This document shows, one piece after another, positions 28,986 to 37,875 of a stretch of 64,000 nt of DNA (position 1 is the stretch's first letter; every line of letters begins with the position of its first letter). The stretch is from positions 63,887 to 127,886 of the IMG/VR virus record IMGVR_UViG_3300027969_002881; one strand, written 5' to 3'. The notes beneath the pieces were generated by a model that saw nothing but the letters and a program-made list of their open reading frames with translations, was not told the DNA's origin and ran no database searches. The DNA is from a virus. Both the position numbers and the translations under genes were made by a program.

Positions 28986-30555
28986 CTTTGTTAACTACCT
29001 TTTGTTTCATCTCTTTACAGATGTTATAAAATTCTGTGTACTCTGGATATACTTCTAAAAAGTTCGTACCATAGCGACGATCTAAATCATTGACAAAGTC
29101 ATAGAACTTGGCACGATTTAGTGCAAAATCTTTATTGCCTTCCAAATCATTTTTAGAATTGTAAGTGATATTCAAACATACACGCTTGAACTTTTCCAGC
29201 TCGAACTCTTCAAAAGCATGATGCATTTTCCAAGTCTTAACTTGTGTGGTATGATCCGCCATGTAGTTGATACTTGGTATCAAATACTCTTGAATAAGAT
29301 CTTTACTGGCCCATTGTGCATCTAAGAACGTGGGGTTGCGTAAATAAGGTAAGTCAATGCCATTGATACTAGGATGACTTGTAGTCTTTTTATCTCTATC
29401 TGTGTACGACTCTCCTGGCCAAGCAAAGTTAAAACCTGTTTCTTTTTCCCACATTTTTGCAATTGTTGGATTGGGGTTATATTTCTTTCTAAGTTCAAGC
29501 TGCCACTCAAATAATTTTTGTATGCTGGAAATACTCAGAATGTTAAACGTAACCATTGTGGTAATTCTAATATTGCCCATTTGCATGATTTGTTCGTAAC
29601 GCTTGCAGAACTTTTCAAAGTCCAGGCCTGGGCGTAAGTATTCAGCACGTTCACCCCAACCATCGACACTGGTAAAGATAGTTAGTTTCTTAATATAGTT
29701 ACCACGACTTAAAATCTCAGCACGTTCAATGAACTTGTCCCACAACTTATCAGGTACGCCCAAGTTAGTATTAATACTAAGTTCGAGTTCTGGATTCGGA
29801 TTATCAATAAACCAATCCATACTTTTATATGTTTCTTTACTTAACAGTGGCTCGCCACCTGTAATACGAAACACATGTAAGTGTTTGTAAGCTTCAGGCC
29901 ACCATTTCCAAAATGCGTCAATATAAGGATTGAATTCGTTGTTCTTATAACTTAAACTATCTAAGTCGGGTTGCCAGCCCTGTGCCCATACGGTATGATC
30001 TGTATTTTCCAACAACTTAACTGGACCATTTTGTTTTAGTTCTTCTACCCACTTGCTACTGTACTCAGGGCCACAGTATACGCATTTAAAGTTACATACA
30101 TTACTAAAGTCTACTTCGAGATAGCTTGGGTAAAAGTCTTTGTTAGGATCACTGGCTTGAACTTCATCATGCTTTTCTAATGCCCATGGTTCTAAACTCT
30201 TGTAGAATCTATCACTGGGACTTTTGTTATCTTCAACACGCCAGCAGTAGTCACATTCACTTGGGCGTTGACCTTCCAACATTTCTTTTCTAGCTTGTTT
30301 AAGTATACTGGTATTAAACAATGCTCCTGGATTCTTTTGTATTTCTGCCAATGGAATCTTATGTGGCACTGGATGGTGACAACTGTGTGTCATTCCTGTA
30401 CCCAGGTGCATGGTAACTTGTGTAAACTTTGCCAAGCAAAAACCTGGACCAGTGCTGTCTAATAGTTCTTTTGTTTTGTCAATATTTGGTCCTGTACGAG
30501 CAACTTTATTATCATATCCGATATCCCAATTGATATCGCTGAGTTTCTTTTTCAT
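28978..30555 (-). CDS. Radical SAM protein with N-terminal twitch domain
   Basis: FCLAKF...SCH...ECDYCW, CNFKCVYC, ITGGEP. Confidence 0.9.
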   Translation of the reverse strand: MKKKLSDINWDIGYDNKVARTGPNIDKTKELLDSTGPGFCLAKFTQVTMHLGTGMTHSCHHPVPHKIPLAEIQKNPGALFNTSILKQARKEMLEGQRPSECDYCWRVEDNKSPSDRFYKSLEPWALEKHDEVQASDPNKDFYPSYLEVDFSNVCNFKCVYCGPEYSSKWVEELKQNGPVKLLENTDHTVWAQGWQPDLDSLSYKNNEFNPYIDAFWKWWPEAYKHLHVFRITGGEPLLSKETYKSMDWFIDNPNPELELSINTNLGVPDKLWDKFIERAEILSRGNYIKKLTIFTSVDGWGERAEYLRPGLDFEKFCKRYEQIMQMGNIRITTMVTFNILSISSIQKLFEWQLELRKKYNPNPTIAKMWEKETGFNFAWPGESYTDRDKKTTSHPSINGIDLPYLRNPTFLDAQWASKDLIQEYLIPSINYMADHTTQVKTWKMHHAFEEFELEKFKRVCLNITYNSKNDLEGNKDFALNRAKFYDFVNDLDRRYGTNFLEVYPEYTEFYNICKEMKQKVVNKDV

Positions 30556-30564
30556 ATTTTGCCT

Positions 30565-31548
30565 TTAATTTATGCTGTTATCTACTTGGCTCTCTTTGAC
30601 CAGAGCACCTAACCTTGGAGGGTTAATAAAACTCTCCTTAAACATTCTACTGCCATTGGCATCCAATTCTGCAACCTCTAAGTTTAATTTTGTTCTTAAT
30701 TCTTGACCGAATTTGTAAATTTCTTTTTTTAGTTTTTCAGAATCATAGTTCCAGCCTGTGGCATTACATCTGCCGCCTTCTCCTTTGAACTGGGGTTGAA
30801 TACTTTCTTTCCAGAAGTTATCATGCCAGTCAAAGTCTCTACAATCCGTAAAATCAAAACTGTCTTTAGCAAGATTAGTTAAGTAAGCGCCAAGTCTAGT
30901 GCCGAACATTGCCCAGGCGCCGTTCTCCACATCGGCTCCAACACTACTCCAAACTAAGAATCTTTTATAATTGCGTTCATGTACTTGTTCTTTTAAACGT
31001 CTAGGGTCAACAGTTACACCGCCATTAAGCAACAGCTTAACGCCTTCACGAAATCCTGCTCTATATGCTTGATATGCACTGGCATTATTATGTACATCAC
31101 AGTAAATATTATTCATTTGGAAATAATAAATGTCCCAACAGAAATCAACTTTTGCTTTTGGATCATCTGCATTTTCGTGAGTACGCATTTGTTCTACTAC
31201 ATGCTTGGGCCACATCTTAATGCCGCCGTTACCGTATACCAATCCGTTGATTGCGTTTTTACCGGCCCAACTGACAATATCATGATGACCAATTTTACTC
31301 ATATCTAATTCAAGACCAAAGAAATCATCACGAACAATGTTATCTGCATCAATGGTAATGAAGCGATCTGTTTCAGCCACTCTTGCGGCTTCCTTGTGTG
31401 CATTATCAAACCCCTTAACACCATGTACACGTTTGGCCCATGGGGCTTTTTCTAATAGGTTTGCATAATTCTTATCTGCATTTGGTTCATCGTAACTTAA
31501 AAATACGATATCAAAACTGGTAATAGGTACTGACATTTGCGTCCTCAA
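30565..31548 (-). CDS. GT-A-like glycosyltransferase, LSYDEP family
   Basis: FLSYDEPNADKN, RVHGVKGFDNAH, TIDAD, NGLVYGNGGIKMW, FREGVKL. Confidence 0.65.
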   Translation of the reverse strand: MRTQMSVPITSFDIVFLSYDEPNADKNYANLLEKAPWAKRVHGVKGFDNAHKEAARVAETDRFITIDADNIVRDDFFGLELDMSKIGHHDIVSWAGKNAINGLVYGNGGIKMWPKHVVEQMRTHENADDPKAKVDFCWDIYYFQMNNIYCDVHNNASAYQAYRAGFREGVKLLLNGGVTVDPRRLKEQVHERNYKRFLVWSSVGADVENGAWAMFGTRLGAYLTNLAKDSFDFTDCRDFDWHDNFWKESIQPQFKGEGGRCNATGWNYDSEKLKKEIYKFGQELRTKLNLEVAELDANGSRMFKESFINPPRLGALVKESQVDNSIN

Positions 31549-32476
31549 TATGTAAATGGTGATAATTTGAAATTATCTTAACAGGTGTCTTTGATTTTAA
31601 TGTTAATTCGACTAGTTTAAAATCATCTAATTCGTTTGTATTTAAAGTTATACTATCTAAAATTTGACTAGGATCATTGCTGTCAAAGACATAAAATGTT
31701 ATTTCTTTGTCCAAATTAAAATTTTGAGTTCCTCTCATAGCACTTTGAATTTGTAGCTTGTTACCCGTTTGTTTATACACTAATAAAGGTTTAAAACCTA
31801 CTGTTGCAATCGGAACGTAATACGGCTCTTTATCTATACTAACCTTAAAGTCATGATTATAATGTAAAAATCCTAGATTGTCAAATTTTATATGTTCATT
31901 AGGTAACCATTTGCAGGGGAAAGTCTGGGCATGATTGGAAAATAGTTCTTTAATGTTTAATTCGAGTGTATCATACAACCTACTGGGCTCTTTTTTGTCT
32001 ATACAAAAAATTTCCATTTTATCAGGCATGTTTTCCAATTGAAATTCTGTTGTGTTTTCTTTTGTATATTCTTGCTTAAAATTATCATAGATAAAATTAA
32101 CGTTGATCTTTTTAGTAATTAAGTCACAATGTAAGTGGATAAAGTTATCTCCATCTGTTTCACCATAGACGTAATCAAATTCCCACCGTCTGCGATCTTG
32201 ATGCTTGTATAAAATTCTTGATTCTGAATCATGATCATATTTTATTCTTAATTTATGTAATGGTGACTTATTATAAAATATTTCTTTAATAAGGTCGTTT
32301 TCTTCAATTTCTAAAGTAGTACGGCGTGGGTCCTCATTGAGAACATTATGTGGAGATACTCCTAATACTTGATATGTTAATTTGTCATACTCAACATAAA
32401 ATTTACTATTCTTAATTTTTTTCTTTTTAAGAATAGTCTTTTGGATGTCAAATTCATCATCATTGATATTATTCAT
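31511..32476 (-). CDS. Hypothetical protein
   Basis: 321-aa ORF coupled to its neighbours; no recognised motif. Confidence 0.75.
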   Translation of the reverse strand: MNNINDDEFDIQKTILKKKKIKNSKFYVEYDKLTYQVLGVSPHNVLNEDPRRTTLEIEENDLIKEIFYNKSPLHKLRIKYDHDSESRILYKHQDRRRWEFDYVYGETDGDNFIHLHCDLITKKINVNFIYDNFKQEYTKENTTEFQLENMPDKMEIFCIDKKEPSRLYDTLELNIKELFSNHAQTFPCKWLPNEHIKFDNLGFLHYNHDFKVSIDKEPYYVPIATVGFKPLLVYKQTGNKLQIQSAMRGTQNFNLDKEITFYVFDSNDPSQILDSITLNTNELDDFKLVELTLKSKTPVKIISNYHHLHIEDANVSTYYQF

Positions 32477-33316
32477 TTAAATAAATTTTTTTCTTAGGTT
32501 AGTCAGTGTGTCGGTGGTTAACCATGCACCAGTGCTATATTTAACTAAACCTAATTGAACATAATTTTCAATTTTTATATCACCTTGATCATTTACCCAA
32601 TATGATAAAAATTCAGACCATGGTTTTTTTGACCATTGATCGTTAACATAACTATTTTCTCTAATGCTTAGATCAATTAAATTAACAAAGTCAAACTTTG
32701 TTATTTTGAGTCCAAGTATTTTGTACATCAATGACATTAACCATTCTGGCCAAATATATTGCGGAAACGGAGGCATGGCATTATTTTCTTTATCTTCAAA
32801 AAAATCAATAAATTCATTTTGATTATAATGTGATGAAATTAACACTGCCATGCCAAACACATAGTCACAGCCTTTGTCCTTGTTAAAATATATTGCATCT
32901 ATTATCGATCCTTCTCCAAAACTTTTTTGTTCAACGGATCCTTCAGTATATAAGGAATAATCTAACAATTCTCCATTAAAATTAGATCTAGTTTTTGGCA
33001 TAACAATACTGTTCATGCCTCTTAAATTTTCCCATACATCTACGTTGAAGTTAGTTAAAATCTGATCGGGATTAAATGCAATAGTATTTGTATACGGGCT
33101 TGCTAATAAAGAATGAAAATACGTCGATGCTATAACCTCAGAAGGTTCTAAATAAATTTCTTGATCGATATACAATAAATATTTTTTTAGATTATCTTCG
33201 TGTGCTATAATACTAATAGGCCGTTCTTTGTCAAACAGCCTAATACTCTTGATCAACAGTTCAACCTGTGTCAAGTTTTTTATTTTACAATCAACTATTA
33301 AATAGCCTTCATTCAT
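32477..33316 (-). CDS. Divergent nucleotide-diphospho-sugar transferase-like protein
   Basis: LLASPYTNTIAFNPD aligns with KSPYNKTLMIDVD of the adjacent gene; DxD is degenerate. Confidence 0.45.
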   Translation of the reverse strand: MNEGYLIVDCKIKNLTQVELLIKSIRLFDKERPISIIAHEDNLKKYLLYIDQEIYLEPSEVIASTYFHSLLASPYTNTIAFNPDQILTNFNVDVWENLRGMNSIVMPKTRSNFNGELLDYSLYTEGSVEQKSFGEGSIIDAIYFNKDKGCDYVFGMAVLISSHYNQNEFIDFFEDKENNAMPPFPQYIWPEWLMSLMYKILGLKITKFDFVNLIDLSIRENSYVNDQWSKKPWSEFLSYWVNDQGDIKIENYVQLGLVKYSTGAWLTTDTLTNLRKKFI

Positions 33317-34205
33317 ATATCATTTGTTTTATTTTAGGGTAATGTCTTAAAATAGCCATCTTATTCATGACATGGACATTTTCATTTTTAACTCTACTGG
33401 CAATGTTTTTCCATAGTTCTTTAGGATCAGGACAAACTAAAATCATATCATTGATTTCTTTGAAGTCTGCTATATCGTCGATTTGTTCACTGAAGCGCAT
33501 GACTTTACCCGGAAGCTCATGAATTAAATTACCTTGTCTGTGTCCATTTAAAATGTGTACAGCAATACTTACAGCATAGTCGGTTCGAAATAGCACACCC
33601 GGGAACTTATATAACCATTTGTAATAGTTATAATTTTCCTTTACGTGTTCCCATACTCCAAAGAATAGCTTGGCTAGTTCGCTGTCGCTTCTCCAGTATA
33701 CAGCCGTTGACCACCACATGTCGACGCCATCTGGATGTAGTTTCTGTTCCCAAATACGAGGTTTATAATTTCGAACACTCATTGCATGTTTGTACATAGC
33801 AACTTCGCTGTCTGTGTCAAAAATAGCATCTAACGTGTCATTGCCAATCAAATAGTCAACGTCGATCATTAATGTTTTGTTATAAGGACTTTTAGCAAAA
33901 ATACTGTGCTTATTTTTATTATTAAATTGCGTGGTAAATTCATTCCATGGACTGTCACGATGTGTTCGTGTATTACGTTCGTGCGTTACGTTGTCAATGA
34001 TAATGTGATTAAAAGTTTTAGCCGCGAGATCCGGAGTTAGTTCTGACTGTAATGAATCGAAAGTTGGTTGATCGGTTAACAAAGTTACATGATTGTTATT
34101 CATATGCAACTTAACACATCTAGCCGCAACTAATGCTAGTTTTTCATAATCAATTTTTCCGTTGTTATAGGCAATAAGCAATATGCCAGAATCAAATTTA
34201 CTCAT
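33309..34205 (-). CDS. Nucleotide-diphospho-sugar transferase (GT-A, GT8-like)
   Basis: GILLIAYN, SPYNKTLMIDVDY (DxD), WWSTAVYW, FRTDYAVSIA. Confidence 0.65.
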   Translation of the reverse strand: MSKFDSGILLIAYNNGKIDYEKLALVAARCVKLHMNNNHVTLLTDQPTFDSLQSELTPDLAAKTFNHIIIDNVTHERNTRTHRDSPWNEFTTQFNNKNKHSIFAKSPYNKTLMIDVDYLIGNDTLDAIFDTDSEVAMYKHAMSVRNYKPRIWEQKLHPDGVDMWWSTAVYWRSDSELAKLFFGVWEHVKENYNYYKWLYKFPGVLFRTDYAVSIAVHILNGHRQGNLIHELPGKVMRFSEQIDDIADFKEINDMILVCPDPKELWKNIASRVKNENVHVMNKMAILRHYPKIKQMIYE

Positions 34206-34563
34206 TTAAGCCAACCAACCCTTTAGTGTCCCGTTGTTTTTTAAGCTTTTCATTTTCCACGTAATATTCGTTTAATGCTTCTGTGTAAGCACTGAAAAGT
34301 TTTTCGTGGAATTCTTTGATGTCAGTAACCAGTACTGGGTTTTCGTTATCGTCTAAAAATATATAACGCTCAACGTTCATATCCAATAGTTGTTTAACAA
34401 AATTAAGTAATTCTATTTTCGCCGTAAACAGTGAACTCATGTAACCAATGGTTAACATAGTGTTCATACGTTGTTTAAGATTCAGCTTTTGGTTGTTTAG
34501 TGTTAACCTATAGTTACTAAATTCCAAAGCCGCTTTAAGTTTATCGTCCATCCAGAGCTCCAT
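34198..34563 (-). CDS. Hypothetical phage protein
   Basis: 121-aa helical ORF (KAALEFSNYRLTLNNQK); late promoter upstream. Confidence 0.75.
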   Translation of the reverse strand: MELWMDDKLKAALEFSNYRLTLNNQKLNLKQRMNTMLTIGYMSSLFTAKIELLNFVKQLLDMNVERYIFLDDNENPVLVTDIKEFHEKLFSAYTEALNEYYVENEKLKKQRDTKGLVGLNE

Positions 34564-34581
34564 TATGTGCTATTTTAATTT

Positions 34582-34589
34582 TATTTATA
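34582..34589 (-). promoter_or_regulatory. T4 late promoter consensus TATAAATA at the head of the tailoring cluster
   Basis: Exact consensus in a 52-nt gap, 18 nt upstream of the ATG at 34563. Confidence 0.65.
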
Positions 34590-34615
34590 TCACAAAACAG
34601 CAATTATGACAAAGT

Positions 34616-35701
34616 TTAAACAGGTTGTTCCGTGTAATTGTAAAGATCGACGTTGTCGGATATACTTCTCAAAATATCAATTGTTGATTGTACAATGCCT
34701 ATAATCGAGTTTTTAAGCTGTGACCTCTGAGATTGATTAACATTATATCCATTTCTTGCTAGTTCATTGACCAATTCAACTGTTGCTTGTTCGGCTAATT
34801 CGCTAATTGGTGGCAACCCTGAAAAATCAATTCCATAATTAATTTGTGATACACGTAGTGTTGTTCTGGTATATCGTTTGCCATTTTGTATAAAAGAAGT
34901 TTGTGTTGTAAATTTAGCAGGTTGTCCTGCTAAACAGACTGCCTGGGTATTTGATCCAATGTAATTATTAATAGCCGAGTTAAAATCATTGACTACGGAA
35001 TTTAGTCCAGTTGTGATATCTGAATCTGTGATAGTAATCCCGAGTATGCTACCTAAATCTCTAAAACCTTGACGAACTGAGGAATTATTTACAACGTTAT
35101 TTCTTTCAGTGTTATCTATTAATACATTGGCTTTAGTGATATCACCTATCCATCCTGTAAAGTTACCTCCTTCTACGAATAACGTAAAGTCGCCATTTGA
35201 TTGTGTCCAATTCATTGTCCTAGTTATGACATTAACAGGAGGGACATAACCACAGGATATACTGTTTAGCGTATCTTCGTTATAACTACCACCTGTGCCA
35301 TTTGCTTTAGTTACTCTATATGTGTAAGTTCCTTGTATGCATCCTTGACTTAATATTGTACCTGCGGCTGGATACGTAGGGGGAGCAACATACCCACATG
35401 TCACACTGTTTAGTGTATCTTCATTATATACGCCGCCCGACCCATTTGCTTTAGTTACTCTGTATGTATAAGTGCCAGGAACACAGCCTTGACTTACAAT
35501 GGTTCCTGCTGGAGTAAATGAAGTATCGTTAATTGTAATAGGAGCACTTAAATTTCCAATGACTTGGCCGCGAACAGAGTCCTTACGAATTTGAACGGAC
35601 ATCGTTTTCTGACCTTCAGTTAGTTGATCTGAATCGACGATTACAGTAAAACTACCAGTATTGTTGTTAACAATAAACGACCCGCTCTTAGATTCTGCCA
35701 T
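34616..35701 (-). CDS. Putative fibre-tip or adhesin virion protein
   Basis: Starts with the C-terminal half of a Calx-beta/Ig-like module, has two Cys-containing repeats, follows the fibre genes; SD AAGGA. Confidence 0.6.
   Translation of the reverse strand: MAESKSGSFIVNNNTGSFTVIVDSDQLTEGQKTMSVQIRKDSVRGQVIGNLSAPITINDTSFTPAGTIVSQGCVPGTYTYRVTKANGSGGVYNEDTLNSVTCGYVAPPTYPAAGTILSQGCIQGTYTYRVTKANGTGGSYNEDTLNSISCGYVPPVNVITRTMNWTQSNGDFTLFVEGGNFTGWIGDITKANVLIDNTERNNVVNNSSVRQGFRDLGSILGITITDSDITTGLNSVVNDFNSAINNYIGSNTQAVCLAGQPAKFTTQTSFIQNGKRYTRTTLRVSQINYGIDFSGLPPISELAEQATVELVNELARNGYNVNQSQRSQLKNSIIGIVQSTIDILRSISDNVDLYNYTEQPV
35244..35509 (-). repeat. Two direct repeats of about 122 nt (144-nt period) encoding GT(I)xSQGCxxGTYTYRVTKANGxGGxYNEDTLNSxxCGYV
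   Basis: Visible at DNA and protein level (ttactct.tatgt.taag, gtatcttc.ttata). Confidence 0.9.
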
Positions 35702-35709
35702 ATATTTCC

Positions 35710-36882
35710 TTAACTAATATTAGATGTCCAATATAATGTTGTTCCATTAGGTACATTAGTAGTATTAACTGTAAATGTAACATTACCGCCTTCATTTACA
35801 CTAGAACTACTTGCCACTGGGCTAGCTGTTGGCACAGGCGGTGTATACGACGAACCTGAATATGTAGGACCGGTAATATTAAATGAAGCAGAGTTGTTTG
35901 ACTTTGACGTTGCTTTATTACTTTCGACGTACAGAGTATGATTACCAGTAACTGGCGATGTATTGGCGCAACTCAAACGAACGGTTAATATTAATTGTAC
36001 TGGCCCATCTACATAATTTGAACCGGTTGTTACTACTCTACCGTAAATTCGAATTTTTTGACTACCTGCCCCACTGTTGCCATAGCCGTAGGATCCGTAT
36101 CCATAGCCGTATCCGTAGCCATATCCGTAGCCATCATAACAATTGCCATAGCCATAGCCATAGCCATAACTATCGCCATAACCATAGCCGCCGCCGGCAC
36201 GACAGTTAACTGTCAATAGTAATTGATCAGTATCATTTAAATCTTCAAAGCCTTTGCCTTCGCTGATAATATTAGCAGTTGTGGACAATGTATTATCTAA
36301 ATTAAAGTTAACTGTGCCTAAACGATTATAAACATACGCCCAACTTGTTGCCAAATTATTACCACCATTTGACAATAAATTTAATCTAATAGAACTACCA
36401 CTGTTAAAATAGTAACGAGCTTTTTCGTAATTATCAAAACCCAAGTTGACAGTATAAGTTAATGTGCCAGAAAAACCAGTAGTATGTGAAACGTTTCCTA
36501 ATATACCAATGGCGGTTTGTCCTATTGCGGCTATATTTTTCTTAGGATCAATATCTAACAACACGGTGTCTAAGTCTTGCCAAATACTTGCAGTGATCTT
36601 TTGACCACTAACAACCCTGTCTAATTCATATTGTCCACCTACATGATCAGAGCTTAAATTGAGACGATCAACAACTTGGTTAACTAATGCGGCACTAACT
36701 TTAGTTCCAACGTTTACTGAATTTGCTTCTGCATTTCCCCAGCCATAGGCTTGTAATGCTCGTCTAACTAAGTTAGCAGTTGGTATACTTGTTGGATAAT
36801 TGTCGGCAAAGACTTTGTTGGTTCTACTAACCAACGCATTATAATCATTCGCTGTAATCTTTTTACCGACTGCTACTACCAT
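35710..36882 (-). CDS. Virion structural (fibre/collar-like) protein with a Gly-Tyr repeat
   Basis: Repeated VGxKITA motifs, GY tract, C-terminal VNEGGNVTFTVNTTNV half-domain. Confidence 0.7.
   Translation of the reverse strand: MVVAVGKKITANDYNALVSRTNKVFADNYPTSIPTANLVRRALQAYGWGNAEANSVNVGTKVSAALVNQVVDRLNLSSDHVGGQYELDRVVSGQKITASIWQDLDTVLLDIDPKKNIAAIGQTAIGILGNVSHTTGFSGTLTYTVNLGFDNYEKARYYFNSGSSIRLNLLSNGGNNLATSWAYVYNRLGTVNFNLDNTLSTTANIISEGKGFEDLNDTDQLLLTVNCRAGGGYGYGDSYGYGYGYGNCYDGYGYGYGYGYGYGSYGYGNSGAGSQKIRIYGRVVTTGSNYVDGPVQLILTVRLSCANTSPVTGNHTLYVESNKATSKSNNSASFNITGPTYSGSSYTPPVPTASPVASSSSVNEGGNVTFTVNTTNVPNGTTLYWTSNIS
36079..36195 (-). repeat. Low-complexity (Gly-Tyr)n tract, 39 aa (18 Gly, 15 Tyr)
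   Basis: GGGYGYGDSYGYGYGYGNCYDGYGYGYGYGYGYGSYGYG; degenerate ccatag/ccgtat hexamers. Confidence 0.95.
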
Positions 36883-37841
36883 TATTTAACGCCTACCGCG
36901 ACTTCAACTAATCCAACATCCTCTGTGTCTTTTGATCTAATTGCTCTGCCGATAATAGCTGCCGGATCATAATGATCTGCTGCCATACCAACTCCGCTGA
37001 TATCACTGGGAACAATACGTTGACCTGCTCGAATAGTACCTTTAACTAAACAAGGTACTCGACCTTTTAGTGCAACGGGATAAGCATGTTCTTGCATTTT
37101 CATTCTGCTGTTTAATAAAAAGCCAGGGGCTGTACTGATAACACCGAATACTTCATCGTCCCATGCTTTAATTGTTTTTGTGATCTCTTGCTCACCGCCC
37201 AACCGAACCAAGGTACCCGGCAATAATGGAGTATCAGCACGATAAATCTCTGCCATGTCCGCAAATTCAGCTTCAACTGTTCTGCCACGCAACTTGAAGT
37301 TGCCCCAGGTTTCTTCTCCTACGTCTGCTGTGCCGCTTTGATTTAAATTAATACCCTGGCCTATGTCTGGAAAACCAGCAGCTAAACCTGAATCAGGGCC
37401 GCCTGGAGTATATGTACCAGCATCACTGCTCATGACAGCAACAACTATTTTGTTAACAACAAATTGCATTGCAGGGTGAAGGCCACCATTGGTATCAGTG
37501 ATATTACCAATCTTAATGCCAGTCTTTTTGCCACCGATTAAATCTCTTCCGCCTAATGGACTCCATCCGCCTGCTGTGTAAATATTAATAACTTCGTTGA
37601 CACTATCATACCATAGTTGACCAATGATAGGGTTTACTAATTTTGTATCTTCTGGCTGGTATGTAGTAAGGCTTCCTGGGCTAGAAAAGTGTTCTAACAT
37701 TTGAACTAGGTTTTCCGCCATGATTTCGCCGTATCCGGCATAATTCTTACCTATAAGCTTTATAGGTGTGGTTATATCAACTGTTCTATCTGCCAGAATA
37801 GTTAATCTAGTGCCGTCTGTTTTAGTTACATCATATGCCAT
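36882..37841 (-). CDS. Tail fibre/baseplate protein with a C-terminal intramolecular-chaperone-like (peptidase G2 type) domain
   Basis: N-terminal LIGKNYAGYGE...ENL, GQLWYD; C-terminal ADMAEIY...GVIST.PG...VALKGRVPC...IIGRA. Confidence 0.7.
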   Translation of the reverse strand: MAYDVTKTDGTRLTILADRTVDITTPIKLIGKNYAGYGEIMAENLVQMLEHFSSPGSLTTYQPEDTKLVNPIIGQLWYDSVNEVINIYTAGGWSPLGGRDLIGGKKTGIKIGNITDTNGGLHPAMQFVVNKIVVAVMSSDAGTYTPGGPDSGLAAGFPDIGQGINLNQSGTADVGEETWGNFKLRGRTVEAEFADMAEIYRADTPLLPGTLVRLGGEQEITKTIKAWDDEVFGVISTAPGFLLNSRMKMQEHAYPVALKGRVPCLVKGTIRAGQRIVPSDISGVGMAADHYDPAAIIGRAIRSKDTEDVGLVEVAVGVK

Positions 37842-37864
37842 CTATCGAAATTCCTTTAATATAA

Positions 37865-37872
37865 TATTTATC
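37865..37872 (-). promoter_or_regulatory. Late-type promoter variant GATAAATA
   Basis: TAAATA core in a 34-nt gap, upstream of SD AAGGA and the ATG at 37841. Confidence 0.5.
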
Positions 37873-37875
37873 TAA

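Noticed and set aside
34616-35240. Diversity-generating retroelement target
   Set aside because: No reverse transcriptase or adenine-mismatched template repeat in the window; the only repeat is an in-frame tandem duplication
35958-36209. His/Ser/Arg-rich plus-strand ORF
   Set aside because: It is the reverse complement of the Gly-Tyr tract
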